The translations under genes and the position numbers were made by a program. DNA of 64,000 nucleotides from Eubacteriales bacterium. GTDB taxonomy: Bacteria; Bacillota; Clostridia; Oscillospirales; CAG-382. The DNA lies in the NCBI GenBank assembly GCA_045542335.1, contig JAZQKV010000049.1, forward strand, positions 10 through 64,009. The letters are read 5' to 3'. The notes beneath the pieces were generated by a model. It was not told where the DNA came from and ran no database searches. It was given only the letters and a program-made list of their open reading frames with translations. Of the stretch, positions 39,588 through 48,765 are shown in pieces. Numbering within the stretch: the stretch's first letter is position 1; each line of letters opens with the position of its first letter.

Positions 39588-42203
39588 ATGTCAAATAAAG
39601 TTATTTCTGTTGCGTTATGCTTTGTAATGCTGTTCTCACTATGTTCAATAACTGTGTCCGCCGCTTCTACATATTATTATTTGTATAACGTAAGTAATGT
39701 ATCTGCCAATTCGAGTAATACCGAAAGCAATTTTTCAAAGTACTGGGAATATTGGTCACAGGGGGGATCCATGTATTCAGGAATGCGAGATTATGGTTGC
39801 AGAGTTGTTGCACAGTCAAAGCTTTTGGTTGAATGCGGTGCTGCTTCTTCAAATGTTGATATTTTTAACCCTGACGTGTATTTTGAATGGGCTAACACTA
39901 CAAAATATTTTGAATATTTTGACACAGGCAGTATGTATGAGCAAACACAGTATGGTGGTTCAGGTGCCGCAGCTGTTGAATTTGCCAATAGTAATGGAAT
40001 AAACTTAAAAAAAGAAGGTTCGGTTGCATTGTCAGGAACTAACAGTGTTGAAGACGCAGAGTTAGTAATGGAATATATCAATGCTGGTTATTATATAATC
40101 CTTTCTTGCACTGCTCATCAAGCCTATGTTGGTCGTGAAGCTTCATTAAATGCAGGAACACCAATAGTTTTGAATTCATGGACTGGGTATTCTTATAGAA
40201 ATAAGAATAACATATATTTAAACAACTATAACGATTCATATTCAACAAGTAAGTATACAGCTTTTATATATTTTTCAAGTGACAATACTCCCATAATTTC
40301 TCCCGACGGCTACCTCTACAAAAGCCTTGATAATGACACAAGCAATCCGTCATTTCCCGGAAAATGGATAAGAGAATCAGATTCTACCGGAAGTGAATTG
40401 ATTGGTAGTATCCCATATGGTGAATATGCCGTTGTTACAAAATATAATTCCGGAAGAAAATGGGCGTATGTGAACTATAAAGGTGTTGAGGGATGGACTA
40501 TGCTCGATGAAGAGCTTTTCCCCTACCAAGGTTTGTACACCTGTCCTATAGTGACATTCAACTCAAATGGTGGAAGTGTTTCGACAAGTGATAAAAAGGT
40601 TTATATAAATACGCCATATGGCACACTTCCCACTCCAACACGAACAGGTTATACCTTCGACGGCTGGTATACCTCGGCAAGTGGAGGAACACTGGTTACC
40701 GCTTCAACAAATGTTACGTTGACAGGAAATCAAATGCTTTATGCTCATTGGAATCAAAGTTATTATACAGTATCGTATGATGCCAATGGTGGCAGTGGTG
40801 CACCGGAGAGCCAAACAGGTACAGCTGGAAGTTTCATATTCATTAGTGGTACAATTCCGGAAAGATTTCTGTACAATTTTTGTGGGTGGTATGGTGATTA
40901 CTGGGATGCGAGTACATACTATTCACCAGGTGATGAATATTATGGTGATAACATAACATTGTATGCACTTTGGGAAGCACCACAATCATACATAGCTTGT
41001 GGTGTAGAAAAGAATTCTTATTATGTACCATATCCTAGCCAAAAACGTTACTATTTGATAGAACCAACTTATGATGGTAAATATGTATTTGAATCCAAGG
41101 GCTCTTACGATACTGTTGCAAGGCTTTACGATTCTGGGGGCAACCTTTTAGCCTCGAATGATGATGGCGGAGATAATTATAATTTCAAGCTTGAATATGA
41201 CAGTTTTGAAGCTGATAAAACATATTATCTTCAGTATTGGTTTTACGATACAACTCTTAAAGGAAGTTTTTCTGTTGAAAGCTACAAACCGTATGTTATA
41301 AGTTATGATGCAAATGGAGGAACAGGAGTACCTGAAAATCAAACAAAAAAGCATAGAGTAGATGTAACACTTAGTACCGTAATACCTGTAAAAACGGGCT
41401 ACACCTTCAAGGGATGGTCAACAAGCAGTACGGGAAATGTTGTTTATGCAGCAGGTGCAACTTATTCGGCAAATTCAGATGTTACACTTTATGCCGTTTG
41501 GGATGAGCACATTCCCGGCGTCCCTACTTTAAACATAAATAAAACAAATGCATATAACAATGAAGCAATTACGTTTACGTGGAATGATGTTCAATATCGA
41601 GATTACTTCGAGTTTTTTATTGTTAATGCTGATACCGATGAAAGATTATATGTGGATTGGAACGTCTACGATACAACGTATACTTATACCGTAACAACAC
41701 CCGGAAACTATTATGCCTACATAGCTGCAATAAATGATGACCTCAGGGACGGCGGTCATTACTTCACCCATGGCAATCGTGTATATTTCACGATTTATGA
41801 CCGACCTACATATACCATTACATATGATGCCAACGGCGGAACAGGTGTGCCTGCAAGTCAAACCAAGTCATATGATATTGATTTAACGCTTTCTGCTATA
41901 GAGCCAATAAGAGATGGATATATATTCAAAGGTTGGGCAACAAGCAAATCGGGAAGTGTTGTTTATACCCCGGGAGAAATCTACACAACAAACAGCGAAA
42001 TAACGTTATATGCTTGTTGGACACTTTGTGGAGATATATACAACGACGGAAAAATTGACATACAAGATATGAAGTCTCTCGCTGCTTTTTTATCAAACGA
42101 GCAAGCTTCAATTCATGCGCTTGCTTCCGACCTCAATGCCGACGGCAAAATAACCCTGCATGACCTACGCATTCTATTTAAAAAGCTTGCATCAGGAGAA
42201 TGA
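39588..42203 (+). CDS. Secreted multidomain protein: papain-fold Cys-peptidase-like domain, SH3b, four Listeria-Bacteroides (Flg_new) repeats, a PPC-like domain and a C-terminal type I dockerin
   Basis: Signal peptide MSNKVISVALCFVMLFSLCSITVSA/AS. WSQGG...YGCRVVAQSKLL...SCTAHQAYVG shows a Gln/Cys/His order. YGEYAVVTKYNSGRKWAYVNYKGVEGWT is SH3b-like. Repeats include VTFNSNGGS...TGYTFDGWY and Y(D/V)ANGG(S/T)G.P...GY.FKGW. The dockerin is GDIYNDGKIDIQD...SDLNADGKITLHD (nt 42030-42200). Confidence 0.8.
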   Translation: MSNKVISVALCFVMLFSLCSITVSAASTYYYLYNVSNVSANSSNTESNFSKYWEYWSQGGSMYSGMRDYGCRVVAQSKLLVECGAASSNVDIFNPDVYFEWANTTKYFEYFDTGSMYEQTQYGGSGAAAVEFANSNGINLKKEGSVALSGTNSVEDAELVMEYINAGYYIILSCTAHQAYVGREASLNAGTPIVLNSWTGYSYRNKNNIYLNNYNDSYSTSKYTAFIYFSSDNTPIISPDGYLYKSLDNDTSNPSFPGKWIRESDSTGSELIGSIPYGEYAVVTKYNSGRKWAYVNYKGVEGWTMLDEELFPYQGLYTCPIVTFNSNGGSVSTSDKKVYINTPYGTLPTPTRTGYTFDGWYTSASGGTLVTASTNVTLTGNQMLYAHWNQSYYTVSYDANGGSGAPESQTGTAGSFIFISGTIPERFLYNFCGWYGDYWDASTYYSPGDEYYGDNITLYALWEAPQSYIACGVEKNSYYVPYPSQKRYYLIEPTYDGKYVFESKGSYDTVARLYDSGGNLLASNDDGGDNYNFKLEYDSFEADKTYYLQYWFYDTTLKGSFSVESYKPYVISYDANGGTGVPENQTKKHRVDVTLSTVIPVKTGYTFKGWSTSSTGNVVYAAGATYSANSDVTLYAVWDEHIPGVPTLNINKTNAYNNEAITFTWNDVQYRDYFEFFIVNADTDERLYVDWNVYDTTYTYTVTTPGNYYAYIAAINDDLRDGGHYFTHGNRVYFTIYDRPTYTITYDANGGTGVPASQTKSYDIDLTLSAIEPIRDGYIFKGWATSKSGSVVYTPGEIYTTNSEITLYACWTLCGDIYNDGKIDIQDMKSLAAFLSNEQASIHALASDLNADGKITLHDLRILFKKLASGE

Positions 42204-42210
42204 ATAAAAT

Positions 42211-42262
42211 AATGGTAAGTGTCCCCATATTGGCGGTACACTTACCATTACTTTGTAAATTT
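42211..42262 (+). terminator. Hairpin terminator after the dockerin protein gene
   Basis: AATGGTAAGTGT (42211-42222) pairs with ACACTTACCATT (42238-42249) as a 12-bp perfect stem with a 15-nt loop. The tail ACTTTGTAAATTTTT is only moderately T-rich. Confidence 0.55.
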
Positions 42263-42285
42263 TTATGCATATTTCCCCAATATTC

Positions 42286-42314
42286 TTGACAATCCTCCAT
42301 TTTTCTGCTATCAT
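42286..42314 (+). promoter_or_regulatory. Sigma-A promoter for comEC
   Basis: TTGACA (42286-42291), a 17-nt spacer, then TATCAT (42309-42314). Confidence 0.65.
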
Positions 42315-42347
42315 AAACCAAAATAAAAAGAGAAAAGGAGAAGCACC

Positions 42348-44774
42348 GTGTCATATATCCCCGTATTGAAGCGTCCATTGATGATTGTTGCAATTCTCAC
42401 GGTTGCTTTTGACCTGCTTGTCCTCTCTTTGCCGTTTGAAGCCTCCGAAATAATAGTAATTATGATGGCAATTGCACTTGTGGCTTCATGCCTTACCACC
42501 GCTTTTCTTTGCAAAATTTCATATAAAAATCAAAACGCCGCCAAATTGAAGGAGCCTGTGTGTGGATTAACCCTGTGCCTCGTTTTTCTGACGGCGTTTT
42601 CTTTTTATGCAACGATAGTCAGATATAACGTGCAAGTTCCGGCGGAAAATTTTCTCCGGGAATATGCTGATACAGATGTTGTGGTGGATTTCACCGGCGA
42701 AATCACGGAAAAACAAACAGGTATCAATTATGCAAATTATACCATTGAGCTTTCCGAACCTGTTAAATTAAAAGCGAAAATGCTTGTCTTTGGCTCGGAG
42801 TTTTCAGATGTCGGCGATTTTGTAAAGGGTTCTGCAACAGTTGCACGCCCCCAAAGCGTCACTTCAAGAGGTTTTGAGGAACAAAGAAATCTTATGGCTG
42901 ACGGGATTTTTGTAAAGCTTGAAGCAAAATCAATTCCCAAACCTGTTGGAAGACGCAAGCAGACACCTGTGGAGGTTCTGCGCACGCGTGTTGACAGAGA
43001 AATTCTCAGATATGTCGGAAACGGCAACAATCTCGATATATATGCTCTTTCCAAAGGGCTTGTTATGGGCGATAAATCCGATATACCTGCCGATATGTCC
43101 GAGGATTTCAAACGTTGCGGAATTTCGCATATTCTCACAGTTTCGGGACTGCATTTTAGTATTATTGCGGCTTTTCTTGGGTTGCTTCTCGGAAAGCTTA
43201 AATGCCCAAAAGCTTTGAATGCGGCAATTGTAATTTGCTTTTGCTTCGGATTCATGGCGTTTTCAGGCTTTGGAACTCCTGTTATAAGAAGCGGAATAAT
43301 GGCAGCAATGCTCGGCATGGCAACGCTTTTACACAGAAAAACTGACGGACTTACGTCACTTTGCGCTGCTGCAATTATTGTTTGTGTCGTGTCGCCATAT
43401 TCGGTTTTTGATGTGGGTGCGGCTCTTTCTTTTCTTGCCACAGCAGGAATACTTGTGAGCTCGGGGCTTTCTTCTGTGTGCGCAAGATTTGCCCACAAAA
43501 TTTTTAAGTGCAGCAAAACAGGGTTTGTCCTTGCAAAATCATTGGGGTATATTGCTTGCGCAATGGTGGTTTCGGCAAGTGCTTGCGCTTTTACACTTTG
43601 TATTACGGTGCCGTCGTTCGGAAAAATTTCAACACTTTCAATTGTGGCAAATCTTATTACAGGTCCGGTTGTCACGGTTATGCTTTTGCTTCTTGTTGTT
43701 ATTTGCACGCTTTCGCTTGTTCCGCTTCATATTTGCTCGGTTGTTTGTTCTGTCTGCGGAATTTTAGTCAAGCTTGCGGCGAAATATCTCTCGGCAGTGT
43801 CAAAAATGCTGTCCGATGCGAGATTTGCAGAGGTTGCGGTGCCGGAGAACACGGCATTGCTTGTGATACTTGGAGTAATCACGGGGATTATTATGCTTTC
43901 CACGGCTTTTTTACCAAGGAAAAAGCTGGTTGCTCCGAGTGTTTGCTTGGTTGCAATCTATGTTTTATGTATAGGTGTGTCAGTCTTTTCGGCGACTTGG
44001 GAGTTTGCAAGACCCAAAATTCTTGTTTCATATGACAATAACGGCGCATATCTTTCCATAAGATGCCCCGAAGACAAACGGCTTGAAAATGTCACCTATA
44101 CTTATGTTTCAGCAGGTGCAAAAAACGCTTTGCACTTTTCAAAATTTACGGATATTTGCGATGAGATCACGGGTAAAAACGTATATGTTGTTGCGCCAAG
44201 AGGGGACTTTCTTGCCAGTCGTGAGTTGCGATGTATAACCGAGTTCGAGGAAAAATACGGAATTTCAAAGCTCTTTTTGCCGGAAAGGCAAAATGAACAG
44301 TATGAAAAGCTTGCGGAATATCTTTCTGAAGCAGAGATTTCATTTGAATATTATTCAGAAAATCAATTGATTTTCAGTGAGTTTCGTCTTGACTTTACAC
44401 CCGAAGATGATGGATATAATGTTCTTGTGAGCGAGCTTGACGGGAGTGTTGCAACGCCAAAGCTTCTCTTTTGCGATACAGACAGATATGGTGCGCATAT
44501 TGCCGGAAAAATCAGGGGTGTTAACGGCGAGAATATTTCGGACATGATTGTCAGCGATGCAAGAATCCCGATTTATATTCACTCTGCAAAAAGACAGACA
44601 AAGGATTTTGAAGGGGTGCTTTCTCAAAGACAAAATGTTCATATAATGAAGCTCAAAACAGAATATGGAATAGCAATGGAAAGTAATTTGCCCAAAACGG
44701 AGTATTTCGGAAAGTCGGGACTTTCGCTATGGGATTATTTACAAAATACCCTTGAAATAACACCGCTTCGGTGA
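42348..44774 (+). CDS. comEC: ComEC/Rec2 family DNA-internalisation competence protein
   Basis: 808 aa with a GTG start after AAAGGAGAAG. It has an N-terminal OB-like (DUF4131) region and the polytopic competence domain with GISHILTVSGLHFSIIAAFLG. The C-terminal ~260 aa lack an HxHxDH motif. Confidence 0.8.
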   Translation: MSYIPVLKRPLMIVAILTVAFDLLVLSLPFEASEIIVIMMAIALVASCLTTAFLCKISYKNQNAAKLKEPVCGLTLCLVFLTAFSFYATIVRYNVQVPAENFLREYADTDVVVDFTGEITEKQTGINYANYTIELSEPVKLKAKMLVFGSEFSDVGDFVKGSATVARPQSVTSRGFEEQRNLMADGIFVKLEAKSIPKPVGRRKQTPVEVLRTRVDREILRYVGNGNNLDIYALSKGLVMGDKSDIPADMSEDFKRCGISHILTVSGLHFSIIAAFLGLLLGKLKCPKALNAAIVICFCFGFMAFSGFGTPVIRSGIMAAMLGMATLLHRKTDGLTSLCAAAIIVCVVSPYSVFDVGAALSFLATAGILVSSGLSSVCARFAHKIFKCSKTGFVLAKSLGYIACAMVVSASACAFTLCITVPSFGKISTLSIVANLITGPVVTVMLLLLVVICTLSLVPLHICSVVCSVCGILVKLAAKYLSAVSKMLSDARFAEVAVPENTALLVILGVITGIIMLSTAFLPRKKLVAPSVCLVAIYVLCIGVSVFSATWEFARPKILVSYDNNGAYLSIRCPEDKRLENVTYTYVSAGAKNALHFSKFTDICDEITGKNVYVVAPRGDFLASRELRCITEFEEKYGISKLFLPERQNEQYEKLAEYLSEAEISFEYYSENQLIFSEFRLDFTPEDDGYNVLVSELDGSVATPKLLFCDTDRYGAHIAGKIRGVNGENISDMIVSDARIPIYIHSAKRQTKDFEGVLSQRQNVHIMKLKTEYGIAMESNLPKTEYFGKSGLSLWDYLQNTLEITPLR

Positions 44775-44833
44775 TAGAATGAATCAGGTAAGCTTATTTA
44801 AAAGCTTTTGATTTGCTAAGGAGGAAAATAATC

Positions 44834-45637
44834 GTGCTCAAAATACTTTCAATCGGAAACAGTTTTTCACAAGATGCACAGACACGCTTTTATGACCTTG
44901 CAACAAGTGCAGGCTTTGAACTTCGCACCGTGAATCTCTATATAGGCGGTTGTTCTCTTGAAAGGCACTACAATAACATGATGTCTGAAACGTCTGAAAC
45001 TCATGGGCTTTGCGATTATACGATTCAGGAAAACGGAAAAATGACAACCGTAAAAACCACTCTCAAGGCAGGGCTTCTCATGGACGATTGGGATATTATA
45101 ACTCTTCAGCAGGTCAGCGGTCTTAGCGGAGAACCCGAAACATACAATCCTTACCTTGAGGAGCTTTCCGCATATGTGAAAAAGCTTTGTCCCAATGCAA
45201 AGCAGTATATTCACCAGACCTGGGCATATGAAAAAGGCTCGGGACACGGTGATTTTCCCAAATATGATTGTGACCAGGATAAGATGCACGCTGCCCTTGT
45301 TGATGCATATGCAAAAGCGGCTGATTGCATAGGTGCGGCGGGAATTATTCCCTGCGGCGAAATCATTGCTGAGCTTCGCAAATACGATGCGTTTGACGTT
45401 GAAAAAGGTGGGGAAAGTCTTTGCCGTGACGGTTTCCATATGAACCTTGTTTATGGAAGATATGCAAATGCCGCAACATGGTTTGAGTGTCTTCTTGGCG
45501 GAAATATTTATGATGCTCCATATTTGCCGGAAAGCACTATCAAGGATGCTGAGGGTAAGACAGTGTGGCTCGACGGCTTTTGCGAAAAAATAGAGCTTAT
45601 CAAAAAGGTTGTACATGAACATTTTGCGAAACAATAA
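44834..45637 (+). CDS. SGNH/GDSL-like hydrolase family protein (DUF4886-like)
   Basis: The start was moved to the GTG at 44834 (AAGGAGGA 8 nt upstream). LKILSIGNSFSQDA resembles block I of SGNH hydrolases. The family call is tentative. Confidence 0.55.
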   Translation: MLKILSIGNSFSQDAQTRFYDLATSAGFELRTVNLYIGGCSLERHYNNMMSETSETHGLCDYTIQENGKMTTVKTTLKAGLLMDDWDIITLQQVSGLSGEPETYNPYLEELSAYVKKLCPNAKQYIHQTWAYEKGSGHGDFPKYDCDQDKMHAALVDAYAKAADCIGAAGIIPCGEIIAELRKYDAFDVEKGGESLCRDGFHMNLVYGRYANAATWFECLLGGNIYDAPYLPESTIKDAEGKTVWLDGFCEKIELIKKVVHEHFAKQ

Positions 45638-46157
45638 AGTAAAAGGCGCAAAATTGTCAAGAGTTGCAGGAATGGCGGCTTGTTTTTTGCTTGCTCTTTT
45701 TGCAACTTTTTATTTGTGGAGCATTTTTCCGGTGTCGGACGATGAACAAAGGCTTGAATTTCACGAAAAAAAGATCCGGGAGCTTCTTGATGTGTTTGGT
45801 GAGTGCGAGGTTTTCTTTGCAGGGAACAGCTTGCAAATTGAATATGATGCTTATAAATCGGAAAAAATATCGGACAAGGAGCTTATAAACAAGCTTCGGG
45901 CTGATAATCCTGAATATGATGACAAGGAGCTTGTTGCGTATTACGCTGTTTACAGTGCATTTATGTATCTGTCTGAAAGAAGTGTCGGAGAAAGAGTGGT
46001 TGAAATTGACTGCCGTGTTTGCACGGCTGATGGCTCTGAAGCTACGCTTGTTTGTCAGACAAGGGAGGAGTTTCAGTTGGCATATATAAAAAGCCGTTCC
46101 AAAACTTCAAGAAATGCGGCACTTATTCAATGCGTTTATCACGGAATACGGTCATGA
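45615..46157 (+). CDS. Hypothetical membrane-anchored protein
   Basis: One N-terminal TM segment (AACFLLALFATFYLWSIF) and then a soluble domain with no motif I recognise. The start is uncertain (ATG 45615 or 45672), and the gene overlaps the end of the upstream gene. Confidence 0.45.
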   Translation: MNILRNNKVKGAKLSRVAGMAACFLLALFATFYLWSIFPVSDDEQRLEFHEKKIRELLDVFGECEVFFAGNSLQIEYDAYKSEKISDKELINKLRADNPEYDDKELVAYYAVYSAFMYLSERSVGERVVEIDCRVCTADGSEATLVCQTREEFQLAYIKSRSKTSRNAALIQCVYHGIRS

Positions 46158-46327
46158 TTTATGGTTTTGATTGAAGGTTTGGGTAAAACCATTTTTTACA
46201 TAACGGCATTGATTTTTTAAGATTTTCGGCGTATAATTAAAACGAGGGGCGTGGGGGAGAAGCTCCACGCTGTGATTTGAATTTAACTCCGGGATGCGGT
46301 ATGTGGAAAGGGATGGTGTGCGAAAAA

Positions 46328-46702
46328 ATGAAAATACTTGAAGCAGGCGAGAATTATCTTGAAACGATACTTGTGCTGAGCAAAAAGCTTTCTCATGTCC
46401 GTTCGATAGATATTGTCAATGAGCTTGAATATTCAAAACCCACCGTCAGCGTTGCCATGAAGCACCTGCGTGAGGACGGATATATTGAAGTTGATGCCGA
46501 CGGATATATAACACTTCTTCCCAAAGGACTTGAAATTGCCGAGCGCACTTATGAAAAGCACGAGGTGGTATCGAGTTTTCTCATGTCCATGGGTGTGAGC
46601 CGCGAAACCGCCCTTGCGGATGCGTGCAAAATTGAGCATGACATAAGCGACGAAACCTTTGAATGCATGAAAAAGTATTATTCCGAGCATAAGAGCAAAT
46701 AA
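46328..46702 (+). CDS. DtxR/MntR family metal-dependent transcriptional regulator
   Basis: The start was trimmed to MKILEAGENYLETILVL...VRSIDIVNELEYSKPTVSVAMKHLREDGYI...HEVVSSFL..., which shows the DtxR-type winged helix and dimerisation region. 124 aa. Confidence 0.8.
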   Translation: MKILEAGENYLETILVLSKKLSHVRSIDIVNELEYSKPTVSVAMKHLREDGYIEVDADGYITLLPKGLEIAERTYEKHEVVSSFLMSMGVSRETALADACKIEHDISDETFECMKKYYSEHKSK

Positions 46703-46756
46703 GACTAAAGCGTTTGTTAAGAAAATGTAAAAGCCTTGCTTTTTTTAAAAAAGCTC

Positions 46757-46785
46757 TTGACAAAACGGAAAAACAGGTGTATAAT
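46757..46785 (+). promoter_or_regulatory. Consensus sigma-A promoter for the T-box leader
   Basis: TTGACA (46757-46762), a 17-nt spacer, then TATAAT (46780-46785). Confidence 0.8.
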
Positions 46786-46833
46786 CGCTTTAGTTAGTTA
46801 AAGTCCGGAGGTTTTCCGTCGGACAAAAATAAA

Positions 46834-47145
46834 TGCGTTGAGCGAAAAGAAGTAACCTCGAAACGTCATTTTCAGAGAGCCGTCGGTTGGTGAAAGGCGG
46901 TAGTGACCTTGCGGTGAATACATTTCGTAAGCAGCACACCAAACGGCATTGTTTCGTGATCGGAAACGCAGATGCCCAGTAGGCTGTGACGGGTTCGTCC
47001 GTTATAACGATAAAGTATAAATGAGACAGTTGCAAATGTCTTTGAGTACTTGATGAGGCCGATTTCCGTGAGGGAACGGTAAAACTGAGGTGGTACAGCG
47101 ATTTATTCGCCCTCTGATTTTAATCAATCGGAGGGTGTTTTTTAT
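46834..47145 (+). promoter_or_regulatory. T-box riboswitch (tRNA-sensing transcription attenuator), probable Tyr (UAC) specifier
   Basis: Stem I has a GA/K-turn region (TGCGTTGAGCGAAA), AGTA (46851-46854), an AG bulge AGAGAG (46874-46879) and a distal loop GGTTGGTGAAAGG. The specifier loop reads GAA-TAC-A (codon at 46919-46921) just before TTTCG, which pairs with CGAAA (46843-46847). There is an F-box CCGTTA and the T-box sequence AAACTGAGGTGGTACAGCG (47082-47100). The terminator pairs CGCCCTCTGATT with AATCGGAGGGTG (47108-47137), followed by TTTTTT. Confidence 0.85.
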
Positions 47146-47184
47146 TGCCATTGACACTCCCCGAACAAGAAAGGATTTGATTTT

Positions 47185-48753
47185 ATGGCATTCACGATTA
47201 TTCTAATGGTTGTTTTCTTTGCGGCAATGATAGGTGTTGGACTTTACTGCCGTAAACATTCCACAGACGTAAACGGTTTCGTTCTTGGCGGACGTTCCGT
47301 TGGCCCTTGGCTCACAGCTTTTGCTTATGGTACGTCATATTTTTCTGCGGTTATTTTTGTTGGTTACGCAGGACAGTTCGGATGGAACTTTGGTATGGCT
47401 TCGACCTGGATAGGTCTTGGAAATGCGTTTATAGGCTCGCTTCTCCCGTGGGTGATTCTCGGCAGAAGAACAAGGGTTATGACACAGCATCTTGAAAGTA
47501 AAACAATGCCCGATTTCTTCGGAAAGAGATATGATTCAGAGGGACTTAAAATTGCGGCATCGTTTATAGTTTTCATCTTCCTTATTCCTTACACCGCTTC
47601 GCTTTACAACGGTCTTTCAAGTCTTTTCAGCATTGCATTTGACCTTCCTTATTGGGTTGTAATTGTTGTTATGGCGGCTCTCACTTGTTTGTATGTGATT
47701 TTCGGCGGATATATGGCAACGGCAATCAACGATTTTATTCAGGGAATTATAATGCTTGTGGGAATTGTTGCTGTAATTGCGGCTGTGATTGTTGATAACG
47801 GCGGCTTTATGGCGGCTTATAACGGACTTGCGGTTATCCCAAACGAAACAATGACCGGAGCGTATGCTTCTTTCCTCGGCCCGAACCCCGAATTCCTTTT
47901 CTTTGTTGTTATGCTTACATCTCTTGGTACATGGGGTCTTCCTCAGATGGTTGGAAAATTCTATTCCATCAAAAACGAGGAAGCTATTAAGAAAGGCACA
48001 ATAATTTCCACTGTGTTTGCGATAATTGTTGCAGGCGGATGCTATTTCCTTGGTGGCTTCGGAAGACTTTATGCTGATGTTGTTAAGGTGACTGAAAGTG
48101 GCTCTGTTCTTTTTGATAGCATTGTTCCCTCTATGCTTGCGGCTCTGAACAACGAAATTATCGTTGGTATTGTTATGGTTCTTGTCCTTGCGGCATCTAT
48201 GTCAACCCTTTCTTCTCTTGTTCTCACTTCAAGCTCAACCCTTACGCTTGACTTTATTGCGACAAAAGTGAATAAGAATATGAGCGAAAAAACAAAGCTT
48301 TTCACTTTGCGTGCATTTATCGTTTTCTTTGTTGCCATTTCCGCAGTTATTGCAATTCTTAAGGATGCATTCCCCGGATTTACGTTTATTGCGCAGATGA
48401 TGGGTGTTTCGTGGGGAGCACTTGCAGGTGCATTTCTTGCTCCTTTCCTCTATGGTCTTTACTCCAAGAAGATTTCAAAGGCGGCTGTTGCAGTTTGCTT
48501 TGTATACGGTACTGTGGTTGAGATTGTTCAGCTCGCAATTACAATGGGATGGCTCACCGTTGACGGCGGCGTGCTTGGATTTGTGTTCAAAAACTCGCTC
48601 TACTCAGGTGTGTTTGCGATGTTAGGCGGACTTATCCTCGTTCCTGTTGTGAGCCTTATCACACCTAAGCTTTCCAAAGAAAAGGTTGAACCCATGTTTG
48701 AATGTTACAACAAGGATGTTGTTGTACCCTTTAAGGATTCTCTTGGAAAATAA
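47185..48753 (+). CDS. Sodium:solute symporter family (SSF) transporter, T-box controlled
   Basis: 522-aa polytopic protein. The N-terminal region FVLGGRSVGPWLTAFAYGTSYFSAVIFVGYAG is typical of SSF proteins. The SD AAAGGA lies upstream. Confidence 0.8.
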   Translation: MAFTIILMVVFFAAMIGVGLYCRKHSTDVNGFVLGGRSVGPWLTAFAYGTSYFSAVIFVGYAGQFGWNFGMASTWIGLGNAFIGSLLPWVILGRRTRVMTQHLESKTMPDFFGKRYDSEGLKIAASFIVFIFLIPYTASLYNGLSSLFSIAFDLPYWVVIVVMAALTCLYVIFGGYMATAINDFIQGIIMLVGIVAVIAAVIVDNGGFMAAYNGLAVIPNETMTGAYASFLGPNPEFLFFVVMLTSLGTWGLPQMVGKFYSIKNEEAIKKGTIISTVFAIIVAGGCYFLGGFGRLYADVVKVTESGSVLFDSIVPSMLAALNNEIIVGIVMVLVLAASMSTLSSLVLTSSSTLTLDFIATKVNKNMSEKTKLFTLRAFIVFFVAISAVIAILKDAFPGFTFIAQMMGVSWGALAGAFLAPFLYGLYSKKISKAAVAVCFVYGTVVEIVQLAITMGWLTVDGGVLGFVFKNSLYSGVFAMLGGLILVPVVSLITPKLSKEKVEPMFECYNKDVVVPFKDSLGK

Positions 48754-48765
48754 TATATAGCAAAT

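Noticed and set aside
42737-43708. A 323-aa minus-strand ORF inside comEC.
   Set aside because: It has no SD and a Ser/Thr/Pro/Ile-rich product with no recognisable motif. It lies entirely within a gene whose sense frame has clear ComEC motifs. This one is not codon-aligned, but it is still best explained as a chance open frame.
46790-47035. An 81-aa minus-strand ORF between the DtxR-like gene and the SSF transporter gene.
   Set aside because: It lies wholly inside the T-box leader, whose conserved RNA elements explain the sequence. It has no SD.
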